Of a stretch of DNA of 64,000 bases, positions 46,774 to 56,030 are shown piece by piece. Position 1 is the first letter of the stretch. Every line of letters begins with the position of its first letter. The position numbers and the translations under genes are program-made. The stretch lies in assembly GCA_017886575.1 (NCBI GenBank), contig JAGHJP010000050.1, positions 28,661-92,660 of the forward strand. Direction: 5' to 3'. The stretch is from Clostridia bacterium. GTDB lineage: Bacteria; Bacillota; Clostridia; Christensenellales; Borkfalkiaceae. The notes below the pieces were generated by a model. The model saw nothing but the letters and a program-made list of their open reading frames with translations, was not told the origin of the DNA and did no database searches.

Positions 46774-48517
46774 CTTCCTCACCCCCTTTCATCTGCGATT
46801 CGTACACTTCGCGGTAAATGCCGTTGGTTTTGAGCAGCTCGTCGTGCGTGCCCACGCCGTCGATCCTGCCGTCGTCCATGACGATGATGCGGTCGGCGTC
46901 CTGCACGGACGTGATGCGCTGGGCAATGATGATCTTGGTGCAGTCGGGCTCGGTCTTTTTCAAGGCGTCGCGGATGAGCGCGTCCGTCCGCGTATCCACC
47001 GCGCTCGTCGAGTCGTCGAAAATTAAAATTTTCGGCTTTTTCAGCAGGGCGCGGGCGATGCACAGCCGCTGCTTCTGCCCGCCCGAAACGTTGACGCCGC
47101 CCTGCCCGAGGTCGTAGTCGTACTTTTCGGGGATGCGGTCGATGAACTCCTCCGCCTGCGCCGCTTGGCACGCCGCCCGTATCTCTTCGGGCGTGGCGTC
47201 CTCCTTGCCCCAGCGCATGTTTTCGGTGATGGAGCCGGAGAAAAGGACGTTCTTTTGCAGCACCATGGCGACGTTGTTGCGGAGGGTCTCGAGGTCGTAT
47301 TGTCGCACGTCGACGCCGCCGACCTTCACCGTCCCCTCGCTCGCGTCGTACAGGCGGGGAATGAGGGAAACGAGGGTGCTCTTCGCCGAGCCGGTGCCGC
47401 CGATGATGCCGACGGTCTCGCCCGAGCGAATGTGCAGGTCGATGCCTTTGAGCACCTCGCCGTCGGCGTCTTGATCGTAGGAGAAGCCGACGTTTTCAAA
47501 ATCAATGGAGCCGTCGGCGACCGTCTTGACGGGATCTTCGGGATTTTCGAGATCGCTCTCCTCTTCGAGCACCTCGCAGATACGCGCGGCGGACGGCTTG
47601 GCGATCGCCATGAAATTGAGCACCATGGCAAAGAGCATGACGCCCGTCAGGATCTGCGTGGCATAGGTGAGCAGCGCGGTGAGGTCGGTGATCGCCAGCG
47701 CGCCGACGAAGAACTGATTGCCCCCGATGAGGAACAGGAGAAACATGGTGATATAGATGATCGCCTGCACGACGGGCATGAGCGTGACCAGCCACTTCTG
47801 CGCCTTGACGGAAAAATCGTATGCCGCCTTGGTGGCCTTTTGATACTTTTCTATCTCGTGCTCCTCGCGCACATAGGATTTGACGACGCGGACGGCGGTC
47901 AGGTTCTCCTGCGCCACGGCATTCATGTCGTCGTACTTGACCAGCATCCTCTGAAAACTCGGGATGGCGCGGCTCATGATGAAGAGGACGGCGACCGCCA
48001 TGACGACGGCGGCGCCGACGAAGATCCAGGCGATCTGCGCGTTGACGACGAAGGACATGATGATGGCGAACACAAACATGACGGGCGCGCGCACCAGCAT
48101 GCGGGTCATCATCTGATATGCCATCTGCACGTTGGTGACGTCCGTCGTCAGGCGGGTAATGAGAGACGAAGTGGAGAACTTGTCGATGTTCGAGAAGGAA
48201 TAGGTCTGTATCTTCTCATACATGTCCTGCCTGAGGTTGGCGGCATAGCCCGCGCTTGCCTGGGAAGCGAGCGCGCCGCCGATGACGCCCGCGGCGAGGG
48301 AGAGCACCGCCATCGCCACCATGATGCCGCCGTACATCAGCACGCCGCCGAAGTCGACGGCCGCGCCCGCATCCTGTGCGTCTTCCAGCACGCCCAGAAG
48401 CAAGGTCATGACGTACGGGATGAGGATCTCCATCGCCGCTTCGACCACCATGACGCAGGGCGTGGCGATCGTCTTTGCCTTGTACTGCCGCACGCTCTTT
48501 GCTAAGGTCTTTAACAT
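46757..48517 (-). CDS. ABC exporter, fused permease/ATPase subunit (degenerate ATP site)
   Basis: 586 aa. Walker A GGTGSAKST, signature VSGGQKQ. Walker B ILIFDDSTSAVD has D in place of the catalytic E, as expected for the non-canonical half of a heterodimeric exporter. Confidence 0.88.
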   Translation of the reverse strand: MLKTLAKSVRQYKAKTIATPCVMVVEAAMEILIPYVMTLLLGVLEDAQDAGAAVDFGGVLMYGGIMVAMAVLSLAAGVIGGALASQASAGYAANLRQDMYEKIQTYSFSNIDKFSTSSLITRLTTDVTNVQMAYQMMTRMLVRAPVMFVFAIIMSFVVNAQIAWIFVGAAVVMAVAVLFIMSRAIPSFQRMLVKYDDMNAVAQENLTAVRVVKSYVREEHEIEKYQKATKAAYDFSVKAQKWLVTLMPVVQAIIYITMFLLFLIGGNQFFVGALAITDLTALLTYATQILTGVMLFAMVLNFMAIAKPSAARICEVLEEESDLENPEDPVKTVADGSIDFENVGFSYDQDADGEVLKGIDLHIRSGETVGIIGGTGSAKSTLVSLIPRLYDASEGTVKVGGVDVRQYDLETLRNNVAMVLQKNVLFSGSITENMRWGKEDATPEEIRAACQAAQAEEFIDRIPEKYDYDLGQGGVNVSGGQKQRLCIARALLKKPKILIFDDSTSAVDTRTDALIRDALKKTEPDCTKIIIAQRITSVQDADRIIVMDDGRIDGVGTHDELLKTNGIYREVYESQMKGGEEDGKND

Positions 48518-48732
48518 ATTGCCTCCTTATGAAAATTTGCGGCATGCGCCGCAAACGAGATACAAAAAACGGTAGACCGGAATGTCGGTTTTATAAACGC
48601 TTTTTGCCCCGCTTAAACCCTTTTTCGCCTTTTTCACCCACTTTTCACATTGGAGCGGACGACTTTCCGACGGGTGCATATCCCGAATATCCGCCGAATA
48701 AAATACAAATCGATAAAAATGCGGAAAGGGAC

Positions 48733-48761
48733 TTGAAAAAAGAAGAAAAAGAGTATATAAT
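48733..48761 (+). promoter_or_regulatory. putative promoter of the zinc-ribbon membrane protein gene
   Basis: TTGAAA (48733-48738), 17-nt spacer, TATAAT (48756-48761). Confidence 0.5.
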
Positions 48762-48900
48762 GTAGACAGACAGACGGACCGGGTCCCGCAGGCGGGCAGA
48801 TCGGTGCAGTTACCGACACAGCCGCCGCGGCGGGCGTCCGGATCACGTTTTTCGGGACCGGGAAAACAAAAACAAACTCACATACGGAGGAACAAACAAT

Positions 48901-49632
48901 ATGTATTGCGAAAACTGCGGCGCCAAGCTGACGGAAACGGAAACGCAATGCCCTTATTGCGGCGCACCCGTCGCGCGGACAGCAGATCCCTATGCGCAAA
49001 AGGACGGAGGCATGCCCGAAAACAACGGGGAAAGCCAAACGACAGCGCAAAATGCGCAGAGTGCGGCGGAACAAGGACAAAGCAGTGGACAGAACGCGGG
49101 CATGCCCCCTTTCCCAGGGACGGAAGCGCCGCGGCACGATCCGCAGGCGGGATTTTGCGCGCGGTGCGGGCAGAAACTGACGGAAGGACAGACGGTCTGC
49201 TCCTTCTGCGGGCTGCCCGTGGGCAGCGGCGCGCAGAGCGCGCCCTACGGTACGCCCTACCGCACCCCCTATTCTTACGACCCCGCGCGCCCCGTTCCCC
49301 CGCCCGTTTACCCGCAGCAAGGCGCACCCGCGCAAAAGAAGGGCACGGCGCTGGGCATTGCCGCGCTGGCGCTGACGGTCGCCTCGTGGATGTTGTTTTG
49401 GGTGATGCCCTATCTGATATTCGCCCACTTCGTTGCGCTCGGCCTCGGCATCGCCGCGACGGTGCAGGGCGGGCGGAGCAAAAACACGACGGCGATCGTC
49501 CTCGGCGTCATTGCCATCGTGATCGCGGGGATATCCAGCATCGTCGTCATCGCTGCCATCGCCGAAGTGGCGTCGAACTATGACGACTATTACCAAATGT
49601 ACCAGACGTACGCACGGGTTCTGTTTCCGTAA
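48901..49632 (+). CDS. double zinc-ribbon protein with a P/Q/G-rich linker and C-terminal multi-TM (DUF4190-like) domain
   Basis: GGAGGA RBS. CENCGAKLTETETQCPYCG and CARCGQKLTEGQTVCSFCG. Three hydrophobic helices at the C-terminus. Confidence 0.75.
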   Translation: MYCENCGAKLTETETQCPYCGAPVARTADPYAQKDGGMPENNGESQTTAQNAQSAAEQGQSSGQNAGMPPFPGTEAPRHDPQAGFCARCGQKLTEGQTVCSFCGLPVGSGAQSAPYGTPYRTPYSYDPARPVPPPVYPQQGAPAQKKGTALGIAALALTVASWMLFWVMPYLIFAHFVALGLGIAATVQGGRSKNTTAIVLGVIAIVIAGISSIVVIAAIAEVASNYDDYYQMYQTYARVLFP

Positions 49633-49647
49633 AAGCAAAGAGACGAA

Positions 49648-49690
49648 AGAGCGGCAGGCAAGGGTTTTTCCCTTGCCTGCCGCTCTCTTT
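49648..49690. terminator. bidirectional Rho-independent terminator
   Basis: Perfect 17-bp stem AGAGCGGCAGGCAAGGG / CCCTTGCCTGCCGCTCT with a TTTTT loop, flanked by A- and T-rich runs. Lies between convergent genes. Confidence 0.85.
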
Positions 49691-49745
49691 ATGCGCGCCC
49701 GCCGGGCGGACGCAGAGGTTTTGCCCGTTCCGTGCGGGCATGCCC

Positions 49746-51413
49746 TTACTTTTGCATGGCTTCGAAACAATTGTTGACGGCGCTGACGAGCGCACGGATG
49801 GAGGAGGTGATGATGTCGTCGTCCACGCCCGCGCCCCAATACACCCTGCCGTCCTTTTCCACGCCGATGTAGGAAATCGCCCGGGAAGTGGAGCCGCGGG
49901 TGAGGGCATGCTGTTCGTAGCCCGACAACACATAGTTCACGCCGAAGTACTTTTTGAGCGCGTTGGACACGGCGTCCAGCCTGCCGTTGCCGTGCGCCTG
50001 CACATCCGCCTTTTTGCCGCCGACCGACAAGGTGACATAGGCCTCGATGCCGTTTTCCTGCTTGTAGTGCGCCTCGGCGACGTCGAACACGCGGCGGTTG
50101 TCGAGGAAACGGTCCTTGAACACCTCGTAGAGTTCGGGGGATTTCAGTTCCTTGTGGAGTTTATCGGAGACGTCCTTGGCGGCGTAGCCCATCGCCTCCT
50201 TCATCTTGGCGGGCATCTTGATGCCGAAGCCGTGTTCGAGGACATAGCCGACGCCCCCCTTGCCCGACTGGGAATTGATGCGGATGACGTCGCTCTCGTA
50301 TTCCCTGCCCACGTCCTTGGGGTCGATCGGGAGATAGGGCACCGTCCACTTTTCGGGATCGTGCTCCTTGCGGTACGCCATGCCCTTGGCGATGGCGTCC
50401 TGGTGGGACCCCGAAAACGCCGCGAACACCAACTCGCCCGCATAGGGATGACGGGGATGGACGGGCATGCCCGTGAAAGTCTTGTAGAGGGAAACAATAT
50501 AGGGCATGTTTTCAAAATTGAGCTGCGGGTCCACGCCCTGGGAAAACATGTTCATGGCGAGGGTGACGATGTCGACGTTGCCCGTGCGTTCGCCGTTGCC
50601 GAAGAGGGTGCCCTCGATGCGGTCGGCGCCCGCGAGCAGCCCCATTTCGGCGTCCGCCACGCCGCAGCCGCGGTCATTGTGCGGGTGCAAAGACACCACG
50701 ACGTTTTCGCGGTGGGAGAGGTTCTTGCACATATATTCCACCTGCTGCGCAAATACGTGCGGCATGGAATGCTCGACGGTGACGGGCAGGTTGATGACGG
50801 CTTTCCGCTCCGCCGTGGGCTGCCATACGTCCAGAACGGCGTTGCAGACCTCCAAAGCGTATTCGGGCTCGGTGCCCGTGAAACTCTCGGGGGAGTACTC
50901 GAAACGGTAGTTCTGCCCCGCCTCTTCGGTGAGCTGTTTCAAAAGTTTCGCCCCGTTGACGGCGATCGCCTTGATCTCTTCCCTGTTCTTGCGGAAGACC
51001 TGCTCGCGCTGGGCGAAAGAGGTGGAGTTGTATACGTGCACGATGACGTTCTTCGCCCCTCTGATCGCCTCGAAGGTACGCTTGATGATGTGTTCGCGCG
51101 CCTGCGTGAGCACCTGGATGGTCACGTCGTCGGGGATCATGTTCTTCTCGATGAGCGTGCGCAAAAATTCAAATTCCGTTTCGGACGCGGCGGGGAAGCC
51201 GACCTCGATCTCCTTGAACCCCACCTCAACGAGCAGGTTGAAAAACTGCACCTTGGTCTGCAGGCTCATGGGCTCGACGAGCGCCTGGTTGCCGTCGCGC
51301 AGGTCGACCGAGCACCAGACGGGCGCCTTTTCCACGCTGTCCTTCTTCGCCCAATCCATGCAAGTCACGGGCGGTAAAAAGTACTGTTTGGTATACTTCT
51401 GATAATTTTTCAT
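49746..51413 (-). CDS. leuA: 2-isopropylmalate synthase (long LeuA form)
   Basis: 555 aa. VWCSVDLRDGNQA, EVGFPAAS, HPHNDRGCGVA. C-terminal LeuA regulatory domain. Preceded by a Leu-specific T-box. Confidence 0.9.
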   Translation of the reverse strand: MKNYQKYTKQYFLPPVTCMDWAKKDSVEKAPVWCSVDLRDGNQALVEPMSLQTKVQFFNLLVEVGFKEIEVGFPAASETEFEFLRTLIEKNMIPDDVTIQVLTQAREHIIKRTFEAIRGAKNVIVHVYNSTSFAQREQVFRKNREEIKAIAVNGAKLLKQLTEEAGQNYRFEYSPESFTGTEPEYALEVCNAVLDVWQPTAERKAVINLPVTVEHSMPHVFAQQVEYMCKNLSHRENVVVSLHPHNDRGCGVADAEMGLLAGADRIEGTLFGNGERTGNVDIVTLAMNMFSQGVDPQLNFENMPYIVSLYKTFTGMPVHPRHPYAGELVFAAFSGSHQDAIAKGMAYRKEHDPEKWTVPYLPIDPKDVGREYESDVIRINSQSGKGGVGYVLEHGFGIKMPAKMKEAMGYAAKDVSDKLHKELKSPELYEVFKDRFLDNRRVFDVAEAHYKQENGIEAYVTLSVGGKKADVQAHGNGRLDAVSNALKKYFGVNYVLSGYEQHALTRGSTSRAISYIGVEKDGRVYWGAGVDDDIITSSIRALVSAVNNCFEAMQK

Positions 51414-51705
51414 AGCGGTTTGCTCCCTCCTGGAAATGAAAAGCCCCCGTTCGTCTCAAATTTAAGAGACGTCGGGGGCGACGCGGTACCACTCTCATTC
51501 GCGGCCTTTTACCGCCGCGCACTCTACGGATACTGACATATCCTCTTTCTGTAACGGGAAATCCCGTACCGCACTACCGGGTTCTCTTCGCACGGTCTGC
51601 TCTGCGGCGAGTTCGTCCCCGCCCTCCGCGCCGTCTTACACCGACCGACGGCTCTCTGTGCCGGAGAAAGGAAATTACTGTTCCGCTTCCTTGCATTTGT
51701 CTTAT
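51414..51705 (-). promoter_or_regulatory. T-box riboswitch leader, probable Leu (CUC) specifier
   Basis: On the minus strand: AGAGAG and GGTGTAAG stem-I elements, a GAA-CUC-G specifier context, T-box sequence AATGAGAGTGGTACCGCG (about 51482-51500), and terminator GCCCCCGACGTCTC...GAGACGAACGGGGGC + TTTT (51443-51479). Confidence 0.85.
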
Positions 51706-51713
51706 ATATTTTT

Positions 51714-51742
51714 ATACTATCATAAATCGGACGCCTTTGCAA
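51714..51742 (-). promoter_or_regulatory. promoter of the T-box/leuA transcript
   Basis: Minus strand reads TTGCAA (51737-51742), 17-nt spacer, TAGTAT (51714-51719). Confidence 0.55.
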
Positions 51743-51785
51743 GCGTTTTTCGGAAATTTTTTTGAAAAATTTTTCCAGTCTATCT

Positions 51786-52310
51786 TCACGGCGCGGCGGC
51801 GTACACCTTTTCGCGGAGTACCGCAACCGTCTTTTGCGGGTCTTGTAGGGGCGCGGGATAGCTCAGAAGGCGCATCGGAAGGCTCTCCCCGCCCGCGCGG
51901 TAGGGCGGCTGAAAGTATGGCACGTCGTTCATGCAAAAACCGAGGCGACGGTAAAAATTCCACCGCCGCAGGCGGTCGCCTTCGTCCGGCGGCTCGATCT
52001 CGAGCACGAGGGCGGGATGAAAACGAAAGACCGCCCGCACGATCTTGCCGCCGTATCCCCCGCCACGGTGTTCGGGATAGACGACGAGGTGTTCGACGAA
52101 CGCGAACCCGTCCATGTCCCAAAGGGAAACCAGCCCGATCTCCCGTTCCCCGTCGAAGGCGAAAAAGAGGGAAAAACACGGCTCGGCGGCGAGCAGACGG
52201 CAGAATGCCCCTTCCTCCCGCCGCTCCGAGGGCGGAAACGCCTCTTCGAGCCGTCTGTATGCCCGCGCGCCGTCCGCCGCGCAGCCCTTCACCAAGCGAA
52301 TATCTCCCAT
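51786..52310 (-). CDS. GNAT family N-acetyltransferase
   Basis: 174 aa. Acetyl-CoA motif VVYPEHRGGGYGGKIV and WNFYRRLGF. GGAGG RBS inside the end of the upstream gene, with a 4-nt gap. Confidence 0.85.
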   Translation of the reverse strand: MGDIRLVKGCAADGARAYRRLEEAFPPSERREEGAFCRLLAAEPCFSLFFAFDGEREIGLVSLWDMDGFAFVEHLVVYPEHRGGGYGGKIVRAVFRFHPALVLEIEPPDEGDRLRRWNFYRRLGFCMNDVPYFQPPYRAGGESLPMRLLSYPAPLQDPQKTVAVLREKVYAAAP

Positions 52311-52314
52311 GCCG

Positions 52315-55300
52315 TTACGCCTCCCGCGCCGAAGGCACGCCGTCCGCGGGCAGGGAATAGTCCCCCGCGGGCTTCGTCACGTTTTCGAAATCGAGGTCGA
52401 GGGAGAGGGTGACGTAGATGTCCACGTCCCCCGCGATGTTGACGATGCTGCCGTCGCCGCCGCAGGTGAGGGCGAGGTTCATGTCGCCGAGGAAAGAGGC
52501 GAAGGCGGAACCGTTGAGGGTCAGGCGGTAGACGCCGCCGTCGCAGGCATAACTTTGCAGATAGGTGCCGATGTCGGCATCCCCCGCGCCCGGGTCGGCG
52601 GGCGAACTTTCGATGATCCCGTCGATAATCGAAGCGAGGGTGTCGCCCATGTTGGTGATATAGACGATCTGGTTCCAATAGTCCGCGGCGAACGCTTCGA
52701 GGGTAAGCGTGCGGGACGTGACGACGGGCGTGTCGTATTTCTGGAACCACAGAATGCGATAATATTCATACTGTTCGCGCACCATGGACACCGTGCCCGC
52801 AGCGGGGTCGAGCGTGATGTACGTCTTGTACGCGCCGCTGTTGACGGCGAACTTGCTGTCCGCCGCAACGGAGGCGTTGATCTTTATACCCGTTTCGCCG
52901 CACAGGACGTTGACCGCCACGTCGAAGGACACCGCAAACGAGCCGATGTTGCCCGAGACCGTGCCGCCGAAATAATAGCCGTCCAAAAATGCCGGCCCGT
53001 TCTCCGATGTCGTGAAGAAACTCTGCAGCACGCTTTCCAGCAGCCCGCTCACCGTGGAAAAGTCGATATACTCCGCCTCCGCGGGCATCACCGCGCAGGG
53101 CGCGGAGAGCAGCTCCGCCCGCAAGCTGACGGCGGGAGAGGACGCGCCGAGGCGCAGCCCTTCCGCCGACAGGGCATAGCCGCCGCCCGCCGTGCGATCC
53201 AAAGCGAGCGTAAAGTTCCCCGTGCCCGCGCCGAAGAGCGGGTCGCCGTTGAGCGTGAGCACGGCCTTCTGCCCGTCGGCCGACAGGGAACAGAGGACGT
53301 CCGACAGGCAGATCTTCCCCGCTTCGGCGACCGCCGTGAGGGAGGAAACGGAGCCGAGGAGATCTTGCAAGAAGGACAGGTCGCCGCCGAGGAAGGTCTG
53401 CAACATGCCCGCCATGCGGGAAACTTCCGTCAGCTCACCCGCGAGGCAGAGGGGCGCATAGGCGGCGTTCTCCGCCGCGTCGCGGTAATAGCTTGCCGTA
53501 ATGTATATCTTGCCCTCATAAACCGTGAAGGTGAGATAGCAACTCTTTCCTTCCGCCGACGCGGGCACGGCGGCGACGGTGAGGGAAGCGGCGAACGCCC
53601 TGTCCGCCTGCGCGGCGACGATCTGCAACCCGCCGCTCACGGCATATTCTTCCTTTTCACCGTTATTCACGGACATGGTATAGCCGATATTCCACTCGGT
53701 GCGCTGCGAGAGCGCGAACAGGTCGGCGGCATGGCCGAGAAGCAACTCCAGCTCTTCCGCCGAGAGGTAGTCCGTGCCCGCGGGCATTTTGCCCGGAACG
53801 CCGCCCGCGCACAGCTGCAGGCGGAAGGAGAGCGTTTCGCCTGCTCCGCCCGCGGCGGCGATCGTTTCACCGTCGCAGGAAAGGCTGACATCCGCCGAGA
53901 GCAGACGGAAGGACGCCCGCAGGATCCCCTCCTCTTCGACGACGCGCAGGGAGTCGAAGAAGGCGGCAAATTCCTCGGAGGAGAGCAGGGCGGACAGTCC
54001 GGGAAGCCCCGCAAGCGGTACGGCGTCCGCCGCATCCGCGGCGGGCAGGCATGCCGCAATGCGGTCGTACGCCTCTTTTGCCGCCGCGGCGAGCGAGGAA
54101 AACTCCTCCGCGCGCACTTTCGCGCCGACGCTGCCGCAGGCGAGGGAAAATTCGTTGCCGTCATAGCCGAAGAACACTTCGCTGACCGTGCCGAACGCGT
54201 GCAGGCGCGCCTGCACGAAGAGAGAGATGCCGTTTTTCAGGTCGACGTCCGCCCGCACGATGTCGAGGTCGATCGCCGCGTCGCCGACCGTCAGGGAGAG
54301 CGTTCCCTCCATGCGCACGGCGCCCTGCCAGGCGAGCAGTCCCTCCACGGCCTTGCCAAGGTCGGCGGCGGCAGCCTTTTCCGCCGCCGTCAGCGCGGGC
54401 AGGGTTTCCCCGTCGTCGTATTCGAGGCGCAGGGACAGGGTCTCACCCGCAAATTCCGTTCCTTCGAGCGCGACGTATTCGAGCGCAATGTCCTCGCCCG
54501 AGCGCGAAAACTCAAAAGTGAGCGGCAGGGACATGCCCGCCAGTTCCAATGCGGCGGAGAGGGTCGCGCCCCCGTCCGTCTGCACAAGCTGCCCGCCCGC
54601 AAGCTGCGAGAGCAGGGCGTTGAGGTCGAGCCCGCCGAGGGCGTCGCCGAGCCCCGCCGCGCCCGCGATTTCGCCGAGCGTTTCCGCGGAAAGGGCGACG
54701 AGGTTTTCCCCCGCCCGCACATAAATTTTACCTTCCGAAAACCAGAGCGCGATGTCGCCCAGCTCCGCGCGAAGTTCCATGGACGAGCCGACCATGCCCG
54801 CAAATACCCGTCCCGAGAGCGGCATTTCGCCGAGCGCGCCCGTCAGGCGGAACTGTGCCCCGTCCGCAAGGACGGGCGCAAACGCCGCGGAGAGATAGTC
54901 CGCTGCCGTCGGCTGCCGGTCCCCCTCGATGTCCCCCTGGCTTTCGCTCTCCACATAGCGGGAAAAGAAGTTTTCGTAGTCGGACACGTCCACTTTATCC
55001 GCTTCGTAGTAATAGGTCTGCTCGGTCACGGCGGAACAGTCGTCCGAAGAGATGATGCCCAGACTGACCGCATAGTTTTCCACCGTGCGGGAGGAGAGCA
55101 CCCGCCAGGACGCGTCGAACGTGTAAGTGATCTCGATGCTGTTGAAAACGGGATAGTCGGAAAGCCCGCCCATCGTCTTCATGCGGCGCACATAGTACTG
55201 CCCCGCCGTCTGTGTGTCGGGATAGAAGGTCTGGGTGTACGTGCCGTCGCCGTTGTCGGTGACCGCCGAGCAGTCCGCCACCGTTTCCTCGTTGAGCACA

Positions 55301-55842
55301 TACACGGAGAACTCCGTCGAAGGCAGGCCGTAGAGGCGCATATAGTCCTCTTCGGAATAATTGGACGGCTCCCCCTCCGACCATGCCGTGTCCTTCCCCT
55401 GCCAATCCTTCGCCGAAGAAGAGGCGGCGTTCCGCCAGAGTGCCCGCCCGCCGACGAAACAGGTCTGCATGGCACTGTTGACGAGGCTGCTTTTGGCGAT
55501 GTCCTCGGTGACCATCACGCCGCCCGCATAGTCCTTATACGTTTCCACTTCCTGCGTATAGGAAATGAAGCCGACTTTGGTGCTGACCGTGCTGAACGCC
55601 TCGCTACGGTACGCCGCGGCGCTGCGCAGGTTGTACGCCATGTAGGAAAGGTTTTCCATGCCCGTGTGTTCGTCCGGCAGCGAGCCGTCCGACGGGGGCT
55701 GCGCCATGGCGGTATGCCCCGCCGTGATGACGTTTTCGGGCACGGGCTCCCGGTTTTGCAGCACGAGCACCGCGCCCGTCGAAACCGCGGACACGACGAA
55801 CACGCCTGCCAATATTTTCACGATCAGCGATCTCTTGATCAT
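52315..55842 (-). CDS. 1175-aa membrane-anchored protein of unknown function
   Basis: Track ORF trimmed to the ATG at 55840-55842 (MIKRSLIVKILAGVFVVSAVSTGAVLVL..., a signal-anchor), which has a GAGGAG RBS. The remaining ~1140 aa are A/G/L/S/T/D/E-rich with a beta-strand-like periodicity. No family recognised. Confidence 0.75.
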   Translation of the reverse strand: MIKRSLIVKILAGVFVVSAVSTGAVLVLQNREPVPENVITAGHTAMAQPPSDGSLPDEHTGMENLSYMAYNLRSAAAYRSEAFSTVSTKVGFISYTQEVETYKDYAGGVMVTEDIAKSSLVNSAMQTCFVGGRALWRNAASSSAKDWQGKDTAWSEGEPSNYSEEDYMRLYGLPSTEFSVYVLNEETVADCSAVTDNGDGTYTQTFYPDTQTAGQYYVRRMKTMGGLSDYPVFNSIEITYTFDASWRVLSSRTVENYAVSLGIISSDDCSAVTEQTYYYEADKVDVSDYENFFSRYVESESQGDIEGDRQPTAADYLSAAFAPVLADGAQFRLTGALGEMPLSGRVFAGMVGSSMELRAELGDIALWFSEGKIYVRAGENLVALSAETLGEIAGAAGLGDALGGLDLNALLSQLAGGQLVQTDGGATLSAALELAGMSLPLTFEFSRSGEDIALEYVALEGTEFAGETLSLRLEYDDGETLPALTAAEKAAAADLGKAVEGLLAWQGAVRMEGTLSLTVGDAAIDLDIVRADVDLKNGISLFVQARLHAFGTVSEVFFGYDGNEFSLACGSVGAKVRAEEFSSLAAAAKEAYDRIAACLPAADAADAVPLAGLPGLSALLSSEEFAAFFDSLRVVEEEGILRASFRLLSADVSLSCDGETIAAAGGAGETLSFRLQLCAGGVPGKMPAGTDYLSAEELELLLGHAADLFALSQRTEWNIGYTMSVNNGEKEEYAVSGGLQIVAAQADRAFAASLTVAAVPASAEGKSCYLTFTVYEGKIYITASYYRDAAENAAYAPLCLAGELTEVSRMAGMLQTFLGGDLSFLQDLLGSVSSLTAVAEAGKICLSDVLCSLSADGQKAVLTLNGDPLFGAGTGNFTLALDRTAGGGYALSAEGLRLGASSPAVSLRAELLSAPCAVMPAEAEYIDFSTVSGLLESVLQSFFTTSENGPAFLDGYYFGGTVSGNIGSFAVSFDVAVNVLCGETGIKINASVAADSKFAVNSGAYKTYITLDPAAGTVSMVREQYEYYRILWFQKYDTPVVTSRTLTLEAFAADYWNQIVYITNMGDTLASIIDGIIESSPADPGAGDADIGTYLQSYACDGGVYRLTLNGSAFASFLGDMNLALTCGGDGSIVNIAGDVDIYVTLSLDLDFENVTKPAGDYSLPADGVPSAREA

Positions 55843-55918
55843 TATTCTTTTTCTCCTCTCCGCCGCCCTTATCTCCGGGAAAGCTCCACTCTCCCGTTTT
55901 TGACCGCGGAACGAGTTC

Positions 55919-55947
55919 ATTATAATATAAATCAAATATATTGTCAA
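55919..55947 (-). promoter_or_regulatory. consensus sigma-A promoter of the large-protein/GNAT operon
   Basis: Minus strand reads TTGACA (55942-55947), exact 17-nt spacer, TATAAT (55919-55924). Confidence 0.7.
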
Positions 55948-55980
55948 CGTTTGTAATGAATTTTTATGACATTTTTAGCA

Positions 55981-56010
55981 AAGAAATACCCGTCCGGGTA
56001 GGGACGGGCC
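55981..56010 (-). terminator. terminator of the fur-family gene
   Basis: CCCGTCC gggta GGGACGGG hairpin at 55989-56008, followed on the minus strand by TATTTCTT. Confidence 0.65.
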
Positions 56011-56030
56011 GTTTTTGATAAAAATTATCA

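Noticed and set aside
52114-55956. Very long ORFs on the strand opposite well-supported genes. Examples: 52114..55956 (+), 9619..11772 (+), 34949..36979 (+), 37126..39330 (+), 44764..46833 (+), 49740..51377 (+), 59301..61082 (+) and 48634..49839 (-).
   Set aside because: Their translations are Arg/Gly/Ala/Asp/His-rich with no motifs and no RBS. Each lies antisense to a gene with clear family signatures. These are typical shadow ORFs of high-GC DNA.
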